A stretch of 38,421 nucleotides of DNA, from NCBI GenBank assembly GCA_046583315.1, contig JAYGCN010000090.1:1-38421 (forward strand), written 5' to 3'. Shown here in pieces: positions 29,405 to 38,296 of the stretch (within the stretch, counting starts at the first letter, position 1; each line of letters opens with the position of its first letter). The notes below the pieces were generated by a model. The model did no database searches. It was not told the origin of the DNA and saw nothing but the letters and a program-made list of their open reading frames with translations. Both the position numbers and the translations under genes were made by a program. This DNA comes from Candidatus Hydrogenedentota bacterium. Its GTDB lineage: Bacteria; Hydrogenedentota; Hydrogenedentia; Hydrogenedentales; GCA-2746185.

Positions 29405-30082
29405 CTAGCGTATTGCGGCATCGAGTTCTTCTCGTACGATGTGCAAGAGGCTGGCGGGTCGATAGGGTTTTTGCAGTAACTTGATCTCACCCGTTGCCAC
29501 CCGATCAGCCAAGTCTTTGTCTGCGGAGTATCCACTCGTAAGCATGACACTCATTGCTGGATCGAGTCTGTGGATGAGCTGCATGAGTTCGTAGCCGCCC
29601 AATTCGGGCATCACGATGTCCGTGAGTAACAACGAGATGGAATCACGATGTTCTTCGTACAGCGCGATTCCTTCCTTGCCATTTGAGATAAGCCCCTGTT
29701 GTTCAGCGAACCAGACACCGGCCAGGGTGACCGCTGAGAGGGCCGCGTAAGAGAGTGAGGCATGGCGACCGCCCAGGAGAGCGGCAATAAGGACTACAAG
29801 TGGGAGTGAAGGGACGCTGACGCTATGCAGCCCGAGTCCAGAATAGATGAGTGTTGATGCCGCGAGCCAAAACAATATTGGAATGGTGATTCGCAGAAAA
29901 TCGATATTGCCACGGTACGAAAGGGCGTATCCAATAACGCTGCAGGGAAGCAAGACTGCTGTGACGGTACGTGTAGGAGTGTCGCTATTCGTGAAAAAGA
30001 GGAGAATCATCAACACCGCGGTTGCTGTCAATATTACGCGGATATAGTGGAGCATTCTGCTCTTCGCAGCATCACCGTTCAT
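29405..30082 (-). pseudogene. Remnant of a membrane-bound hybrid sensor kinase: TM region fused in frame to a truncated receiver domain
   Basis: About 125 hydrophobic residues, then directly SNGKEGIALY...LLLTDIVMPELGG...LTSGYS...LQKPY. The REC domain lacks beta1/alpha1/beta2 (the acidic pocket), and there is no kinase core. Confidence 0.7.
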
Positions 30083-30261
30083 CGGGGGAGCGAGGAAGGT
30101 CTTAACGATGCACGTAATACGATTTAAATCCTTAATATCCAGTATATATACGTGAATTTACCTTATTTGTATATATCGTCGAGGTTTAGTTAACAATTCG
30201 GTCTAAGTGTACCCCATTTTCAATTATTATGGTCGGTTTTATAATTCATCCTCAATGTTGA

Positions 30262-30292
30262 TTGACACCTGTCCACATGGATAGTGTATACT
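30262..30292 (+). promoter_or_regulatory. Sigma70-like promoter for tetR-icmF with a 19-bp spacer
   Basis: TTGACA (30262-30267), N19, TATACT (30287-30292). Confidence 0.55.
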
Positions 30293-30296
30293 AATT

Positions 30297-30316
30297 CTGA
30301 ACGAACGCTCAGTCAG
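30297..30316. promoter_or_regulatory. Palindromic TetR-type operator
   Basis: CTGAACGAACGCTCAGTCAG (14 of 20 positions palindromic), just downstream of the -10 and upstream of a TetR gene. Confidence 0.65.
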
Positions 30317-30347
30317 GCTGCGGCGCGTGTCTCAAAGGATGATTTTT

Positions 30348-30998
30348 ATGGCGCTTAATCCCGAACTACATCGCAAGGCCATTCCGACGCTGGTGAAGAA
30401 TGCGGATCTGGTAGAGGTCAAGCGTACCCAACTGGTGGATGCTGCGGTGAATCTTTTCATTTCGAAAGGTTTTCATCAGACAACGACGCGCGAAATTGCC
30501 AAGGCGGCAGGATTCTCGATAGGCACGCTTTACGAATATATCGCTTCGAAAGAAGACATTCTCTATCTCGTATGTGAAGCGATTCATGGCGAGATGGAAA
30601 TGCAGCTGACGAAGGCGCTCGACGAACATCAGTCCGACGAATCGACTTTGCAAGAGGCGATAGCGCAATACTTGCGGGTCTGTGACCGTATGCAGGATTC
30701 GATTTTGTTGATCTATCGGGATACCGCTTCGCTGAAAACAGAGTCTCAGCAGTTCGTTCTGCGAAACGAAGCGCGCATCACGGCTATTTTCGAACGCATC
30801 ATTCGCACGGGTGTCGAACACGGAACATTTTCCCTGGACGAAGACAAAGCCATAAAACTGATGGCGCACAACATTACAGTGCTCGGACACATGTGGGCAT
30901 TCCGTCGATGGTTCTTGCACGACACATTTTCCATAGATGAATTTATTCAGTATCAGACCTCGCTCATCATGGGCGAGCTACTCGGCAACAATCGTTAA
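30348..30998 (+). CDS. TetR/AcrR-family transcriptional regulator
   Basis: AAVNLFISKGFHQTTTREIAKAAGFSIGTLYEYIASKEDIL HTH and GHMWAFRRW; ATG 30348 chosen after AAGGA. Confidence 0.93.
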   Translation: MALNPELHRKAIPTLVKNADLVEVKRTQLVDAAVNLFISKGFHQTTTREIAKAAGFSIGTLYEYIASKEDILYLVCEAIHGEMEMQLTKALDEHQSDESTLQEAIAQYLRVCDRMQDSILLIYRDTASLKTESQQFVLRNEARITAIFERIIRTGVEHGTFSLDEDKAIKLMAHNITVLGHMWAFRRWFLHDTFSIDEFIQYQTSLIMGELLGNNR

Positions 30999-31024
30999 GC
31001 ACAGAATCGTAAAAGGAATTTATC

Positions 31025-34000
31025 ATGGCTACAGTACCGAAACCTGACACACCCTATCATCCGGAGAATACGATCCGGGTCGTAACATCGACTTCGTTGT
31101 TCGATGGACATGATGCATCGATTAACATCATGCGTCGAATCATGCAGGCATCGGGCGCGGAAATCATTCACCTCGGGCACAATCGCTCGGTAGAGGCTAT
31201 CGTCTCCGCGGCGATTCAGGAAGACGCACACGCAATCGCCACGAGCAGTTATCAGGGTGGACACATTGAATTCTTCAAGTACATGGTCGATTTACTCAAT
31301 GAACGCGGCGCGAGCCATATCAAAGTCTTTGTTGGCGGCGGTGGAACGATTGTACCCCGCGAAATTAAGGAGCTGGAGGACTACGGTGTCACGCGGGTCT
31401 ATTCGCCCGAAGATGGCCGTCGCCTTGGCTTGCAGGGCATGATCGATGACCTGCTGCGGGAGGCCGATCACCCTGCCGTTGTTGATGGAATTTCTGAAAC
31501 GGCCAGTCAGCTGAGCCCCGACAATCACCTGGTAATCGGGCGCTATCTCTCGGCGGTCGAAGCAGTCAAGCAGAACGATCCAGCCTCGTTGCCACGATAC
31601 ATTGCTCCATTGGAAGGGCTACGTGAAAAGAACGCTCCCGTCCTCGGCATCACGGGTACAGGTGGTTCGGGGAAGTCGTCTCTGGTCGACGAAGTGATTA
31701 CGCGTTATCTGAATGATTTCGCCGATAAGACGATTGCGGTGCTTTCGGTCGATCCGTCACGTCGGAAAACGGGCGGCGCGTTATTGGGCGACCGCATTCG
31801 GATGAACGCGTTGAGTCGCGACCGGGTGTATATGCGATCACTGGCGACACGATCGGGCAATACGGAAATCAGTGACGTGCTCGGCGAAAGTCTTGAGGTC
31901 GTGCAAGCGGCAGGGTTTGATTTGATCATTGTCGAGACGGCCGGTATTGGTCAGGGAGATGCGGCGATCGTTCCCTATGTGGATGCATCGTTGTACGTGA
32001 TGACCTCTGAATTTGGCGCACAATCTCAGTTGGAAAAAATCGACATGATCGACTTCGCCGATGTGGTGGCGATCAACAAGTTTGACCGGAAAGGCTCGGA
32101 CGATGCGCTGTGTGACGTGCAAAAACAGTATCAACGCAATCATACGCTCTTTGACGAGTCCGCCGAGAGCATGCCCGTCTACGGCACGGTCGCTTCCAAG
32201 TTTAACGACGACGGGGTAACCGCGCTCTACCAGGGTTTGCTGAAGGCATTGCAGGAGAAGACGGGCGTGGCTTGGCTCGGCGAGTCAACATTGCCGACCC
32301 TGACCACAAAAAAGTCGAGTTCGAAGGATTCGGTCGTGCCCGCTGAACGTCAACGGTATCTCGCGGAAATTGCTGAGACCGTTCGCGCTTATCACGCGTA
32401 TATTGATGGGCAAGCCTCGATTGCCGATGGTATCTGGCAAATCGAAGGGAGTCTGGGGCGAATCACGGGTGACGAAGCGAAGGCCGAACTGAATGCGACT
32501 CTCGAAGCACTTCGCGCGAGGTTGGATAAACGAAGCGAAGCCACCATCGACGGGTTTGAAGGCTTGCGAGACACCTACGCACAACAGGAATTCGTGTATC
32601 ACGTGCGCGACAAGGAATTCCGGGTGCCGTTGACGACGAAGAGCCTGGCGGGGACGCTGGTGCCGAAGATTTCATTGCCGCGTTACGCGAATCACGGGGA
32701 TATCCTGCGCTGGCAGATGCGCGAGAATGTTCCTGGATCGTTTCCTTTTACCGCTGGCGTATTTCCGTTCCGACGCGCAGACGAGGTCAGCACACGTATG
32801 TTCGCCGGAGAAGGCGACGCGCAACGAACCAATGATCGCTTTAAGATGCTCTCGAAGGATTCGCCCGCGAAACGACTTTCCACCGCCTTTGATTCGGTCA
32901 CGTTGTATGGTGCCGACCCGGCGGAACAACTGGACATCTACGGAAAAGTCGGTACGTCCGGCGTATCAATTTGCACACTGGATGACATGAAGACCTTGTA
33001 CGACGGATTCGATCTGTGTTCGCCAAACACGAGTGTCTCCATGACCATTAATGGCCCCGCGCCGATGATTCTGGCAAAATTTTTGAACACCGCCATCGCA
33101 CAGCAGGAAGCCAAGTTCGAACAAGAGCATGGTCACGCGCCGAATGAGGAAGAGCATGCGCGCATCAGGGCCTTTGCGCTGAAATCGGTTCGTGGAACGG
33201 TGCAGGCGGACATTCTCAAAGAAGATCAGGCGCAGAATACGTGTATCTTCGCGATCGATTTCGCGATGCGCATGATGGCGGACATTCAGAAATATTTCAT
33301 CGATCACGAAATTCGGAATTTCTATTCGGTGTCCATTTCCGGATACCACATGGCGGAGGCGGGTGCGAACCCGATTACACAAGCGGCTTTCACATTGGCG
33401 AATGGATTTACCTTTGTTGAATATTACCGTTCACTCGGAATGAACGTAGACGACTTTGTGCCAAATTTCTCCTTCTTCTATTCGAATGGCATGGACCCCG
33501 AATATGCGGTGCTCAATCGTGCGTCACGACGCATCTGGGCTGTTGCCATGCGGGACAAATACGGTGCGAACGAGCGGTCGCAGAAATTCAAGCTGCATGT
33601 GCAGACCAGCGGACGTTCCCTGCACGCACAGGAGATTCAGTTCAACGACATTCGCACGACTTTGCAGGCCCTCACCGCGCTGTACGACAACTGCAACTCG
33701 CTGCACACGAATTCATTTGACGAGGCTGTCACCACGCCCACCGAAGAATCCGTACGCCGCGCGCTGGCCATTCAACAGATAATCGACAAAGAATACGGCA
33801 TCTACAAGAATGAGAATGTGTTGCAGGGTTCGTTCGTAATCGAAGACCTCACTGATCTCGTTGAAGAAGCGATCCTGAAAGAGTTCGAAAGCATTTCGGA
33901 ACGTGGGGGAGTGCTCGGCGCGATGGAACGCGGATACCAACGCTCCAAAATTCAGGAAGAGTCCCACTACTACGAAGCCCTCAAGTCATCCGGCGAATAC

Positions 34001-34297
34001 CCCATCGTTGGCGTCAACACCTTCATCAATCCGCACGCGGACATGGAGAAAGAGATGGATGATCTTGAGGTGCGGCGAGGTTCTGAAGAAGAGAAACAGA
34101 ATCAATTAAAACGTCTCGCAGCGTTCAAAGAGACCCACTCATCAGAATCCGGACCCGCACTGGATCGCCTTAAGGCGGTTGCCCTGTCCAATGGAAACGT
34201 ATTCGAAGAACTCATGGAAGCCGTCAAAACCTGTTCGCTGGGACAAATCTCACAAGCACTCTTCGAGGTAGGCGGTCAGTATCGCCGGAATACATAA
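31025..34297 (+). CDS. icmF: Fused isobutyryl-CoA mutase / MeaB-type GTPase chaperone IcmF (adenosylcobalamin-dependent)
   Basis: B12-binding FDGHDASINIMRR; GTPase GITGTGGSGKSS, VDPS, LLGDRIRMN, ETAGIGQ, INKFD; mutase RMFAGEG, LSTAFD, SISGYH, HVQTSGRSL. Confidence 0.96.
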   Translation: MATVPKPDTPYHPENTIRVVTSTSLFDGHDASINIMRRIMQASGAEIIHLGHNRSVEAIVSAAIQEDAHAIATSSYQGGHIEFFKYMVDLLNERGASHIKVFVGGGGTIVPREIKELEDYGVTRVYSPEDGRRLGLQGMIDDLLREADHPAVVDGISETASQLSPDNHLVIGRYLSAVEAVKQNDPASLPRYIAPLEGLREKNAPVLGITGTGGSGKSSLVDEVITRYLNDFADKTIAVLSVDPSRRKTGGALLGDRIRMNALSRDRVYMRSLATRSGNTEISDVLGESLEVVQAAGFDLIIVETAGIGQGDAAIVPYVDASLYVMTSEFGAQSQLEKIDMIDFADVVAINKFDRKGSDDALCDVQKQYQRNHTLFDESAESMPVYGTVASKFNDDGVTALYQGLLKALQEKTGVAWLGESTLPTLTTKKSSSKDSVVPAERQRYLAEIAETVRAYHAYIDGQASIADGIWQIEGSLGRITGDEAKAELNATLEALRARLDKRSEATIDGFEGLRDTYAQQEFVYHVRDKEFRVPLTTKSLAGTLVPKISLPRYANHGDILRWQMRENVPGSFPFTAGVFPFRRADEVSTRMFAGEGDAQRTNDRFKMLSKDSPAKRLSTAFDSVTLYGADPAEQLDIYGKVGTSGVSICTLDDMKTLYDGFDLCSPNTSVSMTINGPAPMILAKFLNTAIAQQEAKFEQEHGHAPNEEEHARIRAFALKSVRGTVQADILKEDQAQNTCIFAIDFAMRMMADIQKYFIDHEIRNFYSVSISGYHMAEAGANPITQAAFTLANGFTFVEYYRSLGMNVDDFVPNFSFFYSNGMDPEYAVLNRASRRIWAVAMRDKYGANERSQKFKLHVQTSGRSLHAQEIQFNDIRTTLQALTALYDNCNSLHTNSFDEAVTTPTEESVRRALAIQQIIDKEYGIYKNENVLQGSFVIEDLTDLVEEAILKEFESISERGGVLGAMERGYQRSKIQEESHYYEALKSSGEYPIVGVNTFINPHADMEKEMDDLEVRRGSEEEKQNQLKRLAAFKETHSSESGPALDRLKAVALSNGNVFEELMEAVKTCSLGQISQALFEVGGQYRRNT

Positions 34298-34301
34298 TTG
34301 A

Positions 34302-35486
34302 TTACTTGCCGACACCGGAACCGGGGTTGGTAAATAAAGCGTATTGGTCAGCGACCTCGGCTTCATTGACGTCTCCGGCGTGCACGTAGATGCGGTACGT
34401 GAAGGTGATTGAGTCGCCGGACTTCAGCAGGTGGTCTCCGTTTTTCGTCTTGTCCGATTTGCCGTAGAAATAGGAATAGCCGAAGGCGTTCGCGCCCATG
34501 AGTCCGTAATCGCGCACGTGCCAATGCGTGGGGTAGCGGAAACTGGTGGGGTGGTCCATCACGGTGATACCGACATTACCGAAGCCTTCCAGTGAGCCTG
34601 AATAATCGCACCATGCGGCGGCTTTGCCCCAGGTTTCGCCCGCGCCAACGCCGCCTTCGGAGTTCGTGATCGTTCCTGAACCACCCACTTCGCGCAGGTC
34701 ATCGTTCATACGTAATGAGACCATACCGCCTTCTTTGGTGTCCACGAATTTGGCATCGCCGTGCGCGGCAGTGAGGGTGGTCGTGACGTCGAAGAGTCGC
34801 GCTTCACTGGGCGTGTTGTAGAATTTGTATTCACGGATTTCATCAACGACGGGATCGCCCTCTTTATTGTGCCAAGTCAGATTCAGGCGAATCGTTCCAT
34901 AAGCGGCACCCGGCTCGACGTCGACATCGTTCACGTCCTGGGTACCCTTACGATCCGTGAAGGCCCAGAAATCGGCATCGTTCAAATCGCCGTAGGCCGT
35001 CCAGAAGGACTCGTGGTGCGGGTGATCTTTCGATTTGTTGCGGTCGCCCATCGGCCAGTCGCGTGTGATGGGGGCATCGCCATGAGCCAGGAGTGGCCAC
35101 AGATACGGTTTCACTTGTTCATCGGTGTAATGAAATGACGTGAAGAGATCTCCGCCGAGGAATACATTGAATCGCTCGGATTTACGGCCCTTTTTTATTT
35201 CGATTTTCGATTTGCCCGCTTTCTTGAGCGTATACGTCGTATCGGTCGCGGATGAAGGAGCGATGAGTACGCCTTCGCCGTCTTCCAGCGTAACGGGCCA
35301 TTTGTTTCCATCGGCATCAACAGCGGAAAAGTGTTGCAGGCCGGATTGCCCAGGAACGCTGATGGTGATAGGTGCGACCAGGGAAGAATATTTCGAGCCT
35401 CTGACCGTGATTCCAGTCGGTTTATCGGCGCAGGAGACAACCGTAAAGGCCAAAGTAAGCAGGAGCGTGGAAATCAGGGTTTTCAT
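34302..35486 (-). CDS. DUF6807/PmoA-like (PF14100-type) lipoprotein
   Basis: Lipobox VVSC; KPYLWPL, DHPHH, DTKEGG, WCDYSG, DHPTS and HWHVRDYGLMGAN; ATG 35486 after AAGGA. Confidence 0.8.
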   Translation of the reverse strand: MKTLISTLLLTLAFTVVSCADKPTGITVRGSKYSSLVAPITISVPGQSGLQHFSAVDADGNKWPVTLEDGEGVLIAPSSATDTTYTLKKAGKSKIEIKKGRKSERFNVFLGGDLFTSFHYTDEQVKPYLWPLLAHGDAPITRDWPMGDRNKSKDHPHHESFWTAYGDLNDADFWAFTDRKGTQDVNDVDVEPGAAYGTIRLNLTWHNKEGDPVVDEIREYKFYNTPSEARLFDVTTTLTAAHGDAKFVDTKEGGMVSLRMNDDLREVGGSGTITNSEGGVGAGETWGKAAAWCDYSGSLEGFGNVGITVMDHPTSFRYPTHWHVRDYGLMGANAFGYSYFYGKSDKTKNGDHLLKSGDSITFTYRIYVHAGDVNEAEVADQYALFTNPGSGVGK

Positions 35487-35585
35487 TAGGAGCAATCCTT
35501 TAGTGGAAGGTTTTTCGTTGTCGGTCTGGAACTCAACGAAATTCAGAATAGCATATTGTCGCGATTGTTTCCCAACCGTATTCCG

Positions 35586-35625
35586 AAAAGGAAAACGACC
35601 GACCTGTCAGAACAGATCAGTCGTT
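35586..35625 (-). terminator. Intrinsic terminator of the ECF operon
   Basis: Minus-strand AACGACUGAUCUGU-UCUG-ACAGGUCGGUCGUU (14 bp including 2 G-U pairs), followed by UUCCUUUU. Confidence 0.75.
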
Positions 35626-35645
35626 GGTGGTCAATGTTTCTGTAA

Positions 35646-36866
35646 TTAGTCGTTGATTTTGATGCTTCCGCTAAAGGTTTCGACGCGTATATCGGCATCT
35701 CCATCTCCGTATTCGAATCGAAGGGTTCTACCGGGACCCCGACGTCGACCACTAGGGACTGAGGGACCCCAGCTACAATGAATGGAGCCTGTACCGCTGC
35801 GCAGGTCGTAGGTGCCTTCAATGGAGCGCCCAAAATCGAGCGTCACGCTACCGCTGAGCGCGCTCACGTCCACTTCAACATCATCTGTCAGACTGCCCAT
35901 GAAGGAGAGTCTACCCGTAATGGTCTCCATCTCGAGTTCCTCTATGTTTTTTCCATAAATCTCGATACGACCACTGATGGACTCTGCTTGTACACGATTT
36001 CTAACGCCGTACAATTCGATACGACCGCTTACAGATTCCGCTGAGATGGAATCAGCATCGCCGCCAATTTCGATGTGACCGGAGATGGATTCGGCTTGAA
36101 TATCGGAGGTGGCATCTTCGATTTCAATGTGGCCGCTCACCGTTTCGAGATCGAGATCCCCAGTGGTTTTGTAGAGATTGATGTGGCCACTTATCGTTTC
36201 GAAGCGGTGCGAACGGGCCTCGACCCGTTTGATTTCAATTGAGGAGCTGACGGTTTCGATATTCAAGCTGCTACGATGGGGGACGTGGATGATGAGTTCA
36301 CTTTTGATCTTGCGGTTGCGACCTTTGGGGACGACCACCTTGATACGCGTATCGCCATTGTTCGTATCAAAGGTCAGGCGATCAACATCCTCGCCAAGTC
36401 GTCCCTTGACTTCGATTTTGTCCTGGTCCCAACCGGTGACGATAACGCTTCCACTGATATTTTCGATAAAGATGCGGCCGCCGGGCTCAACGGTTTTGAT
36501 GCGCTCGAATTCCTGCGCATCGCCAAACTCCGATTTCGCGTAATGGGTACGATCACCATGCCAGTCGCGGTCAAAGTGGCGCCCGATGGATTCACCAAAT
36601 TCACCTGCCCATTGGCCGATGCTTTCGGCCATTTCGGCGATACCATATCCGAGGGAGTCGACGTTTAGTACCGTGACTTCTCGATCTCGACCATCGTCCG
36701 TAATGATGGTAATGGTACGTTCCCCATCTACTATCTCGTCAATTATTTCAAGTTGCTGCCCGTCCGCAGGCTCGATGTGCGTTATGGTCGATGTATCGTC
36801 ATCGTCCGCAACCGCCATGGTCATCGGTAGCACCAGTAAAGCCGCCATCAAGATTCGTTTTAGCAT
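35646..36866 (-). CDS. DUF4097-family beta-strand repeat protein, secreted
   Basis: Signal peptide MLKRILMAALL after AGGAG; repeated E(T/S)(I/V)SG(H/R)I units. Confidence 0.85.
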   Translation of the reverse strand: MLKRILMAALLVLPMTMAVADDDDTSTITHIEPADGQQLEIIDEIVDGERTITIITDDGRDREVTVLNVDSLGYGIAEMAESIGQWAGEFGESIGRHFDRDWHGDRTHYAKSEFGDAQEFERIKTVEPGGRIFIENISGSVIVTGWDQDKIEVKGRLGEDVDRLTFDTNNGDTRIKVVVPKGRNRKIKSELIIHVPHRSSLNIETVSSSIEIKRVEARSHRFETISGHINLYKTTGDLDLETVSGHIEIEDATSDIQAESISGHIEIGGDADSISAESVSGRIELYGVRNRVQAESISGRIEIYGKNIEELEMETITGRLSFMGSLTDDVEVDVSALSGSVTLDFGRSIEGTYDLRSGTGSIHCSWGPSVPSGRRRGPGRTLRFEYGDGDADIRVETFSGSIKIND

Positions 36867-36904
36867 TTCTATTCTCCTGTTCAATACACTATCGGTGTAG
36901 TTCA

Positions 36905-37567
36905 TCAGCTTTCATCACTTTCCACGCCGACCACGGCCTGAAGAAGAGACACTTCAGACTGATACGCCGCGTGAAGCATGCGTTCCAACTCCGGGTTCTC
37001 CGGATTCTCTGCAAGCGCCCGATTGATATCCACCACTGCATTTTCAATGATGTTCAGATTTTCCTCAATCGTCGCGACCAAGTCTTCCGGCAATTCCTGC
37101 TTGCGCGCTTCCAACGCTTGCATCAGCGTCGTTCGTGCATCGGCATACTGCGCCTCAAGTGCGACTATTTCTTCATCAGGTGTGTTCGCAATCGCGACCG
37201 TAGTTTCTTTAGTAACAGGGTCTGTAGCCGTGTCCGGGCCGAAGGATTGCAAACTCGCCACAACCAGTATCAAGGCGGCAACAGCAACCAACGGTGCCCA
37301 GCGTTTAATTTGTTTTGGAAAGGTCACGACATTCGCGGGTTTAGCTTCGACATCGAGTTTCGCCAGGATGTCGTCCCACAGGTCACGATCGGGTTGAATA
37401 TTCTTTGGTAATTCGGCCGTCTCAGCCAGAATGTTTTTCATGAACGCATACTCTTCGCGGCAACTATCGCAATCGGCGAGATGATCGGTGAAGGCTTGTT
37501 GAGCATCTTCCGCCAACAGGCCATCAATCGCGTCGTGTAGTTGTTCCAATGTTTTTTCACAGTTCAT
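36905..37567 (-). CDS. Zinc-finger (ZAS, zf-HC2) membrane anti-sigma factor
   Basis: MNC...HLADCDSC (HxxxCxxC), PDRDLW and one TM segment; overlaps the sigma gene end. Confidence 0.88.
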   Translation of the reverse strand: MNCEKTLEQLHDAIDGLLAEDAQQAFTDHLADCDSCREEYAFMKNILAETAELPKNIQPDRDLWDDILAKLDVEAKPANVVTFPKQIKRWAPLVAVAALILVVASLQSFGPDTATDPVTKETTVAIANTPDEEIVALEAQYADARTTLMQALEARKQELPEDLVATIEENLNIIENAVVDINRALAENPENPELERMLHAAYQSEVSLLQAVVGVESDES

Positions 37568-38132
37568 TGGTCAATACCTCCCTGAGCATGTTTCTTGCCC
37601 GGTGTAGCCGTGCCTTTGTCGTGCCTGATGCAATTCCCAGCATACTCGCAATCTTGTCGTGCTTGTATCCTTCAATCTCATAGAGGATGAATACTTCGCG
37701 AGCCCGATTCGGCAGTTGCGCAATCGCCGCTTCCAAATCCGCGCGAAGGCCCGGCACCGTATTTCGACCGGGTCTTTCAAATGGCACGAGATCGTCCGTC
37801 GTAAAGACTCTCTCTGCCTTGCGCGACTGAGTTTTTAACGCGGTCAACACCACGTTCACCGTCAGACGATGTAACCAGGTGGAAAACGCGCTGTCCCCCC
37901 GAAAGCTATTCAACTTTTGCCAGGCCCGTATGAAGGCCTCCTGCGTCAGGTCTTCGGCCACGGTCCTGTTGCGCGCCATGCGCAGGCACAATGATGCATA
38001 GATACGACCAACATTTTCGTTGTACAACTGCTCATATGCATCCGCATCACCCGCTTTCGCGTGCTCAACCAGATCAAGGCTCGTATTTCCGAGTTTCTGC
38101 GTCTCACTCATTTTCAGTGTGGCTGCACTCAC
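37557..38132 (-). CDS. ECF-family RNA polymerase sigma factor
   Basis: AEDLTQEAFIRAWQKLNSFRGDSAFSTWLHRLTVN; LEAAIAQLP...IASMLGIASGTTKARLHRAR. Confidence 0.94.
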   Translation of the reverse strand: MSAATLKMSETQKLGNTSLDLVEHAKAGDADAYEQLYNENVGRIYASLCLRMARNRTVAEDLTQEAFIRAWQKLNSFRGDSAFSTWLHRLTVNVVLTALKTQSRKAERVFTTDDLVPFERPGRNTVPGLRADLEAAIAQLPNRAREVFILYEIEGYKHDKIASMLGIASGTTKARLHRARNMLREVLTNEL

Positions 38133-38296
38133 CTTGGTTCATCTTCTTTCTGCATCGCGTTGCACATCGGAAGCATCTCTTATTGGATACTCTCGCTTGC
38201 ATTCAATAAGACAACACTATGCAGAAAATCGTTTGAATAAATATCAAGAAACTTCGTCGATTGCGGCTAAATATTTCCTAAATGTAATGTTTATAG

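Noticed and set aside
34302..35486. Methane monooxygenase, suggested by the PmoA family name
   Set aside because: This is a soluble beta-rich lipoprotein with no multi-TM PmoA architecture and no pmoB/pmoC neighbours
35900..36260. Repetitive stretch as a CRISPR array or DNA tandem repeat
   Set aside because: The repeats are degenerate protein-level beta-strand units of DUF4097, not identical nucleotide repeats
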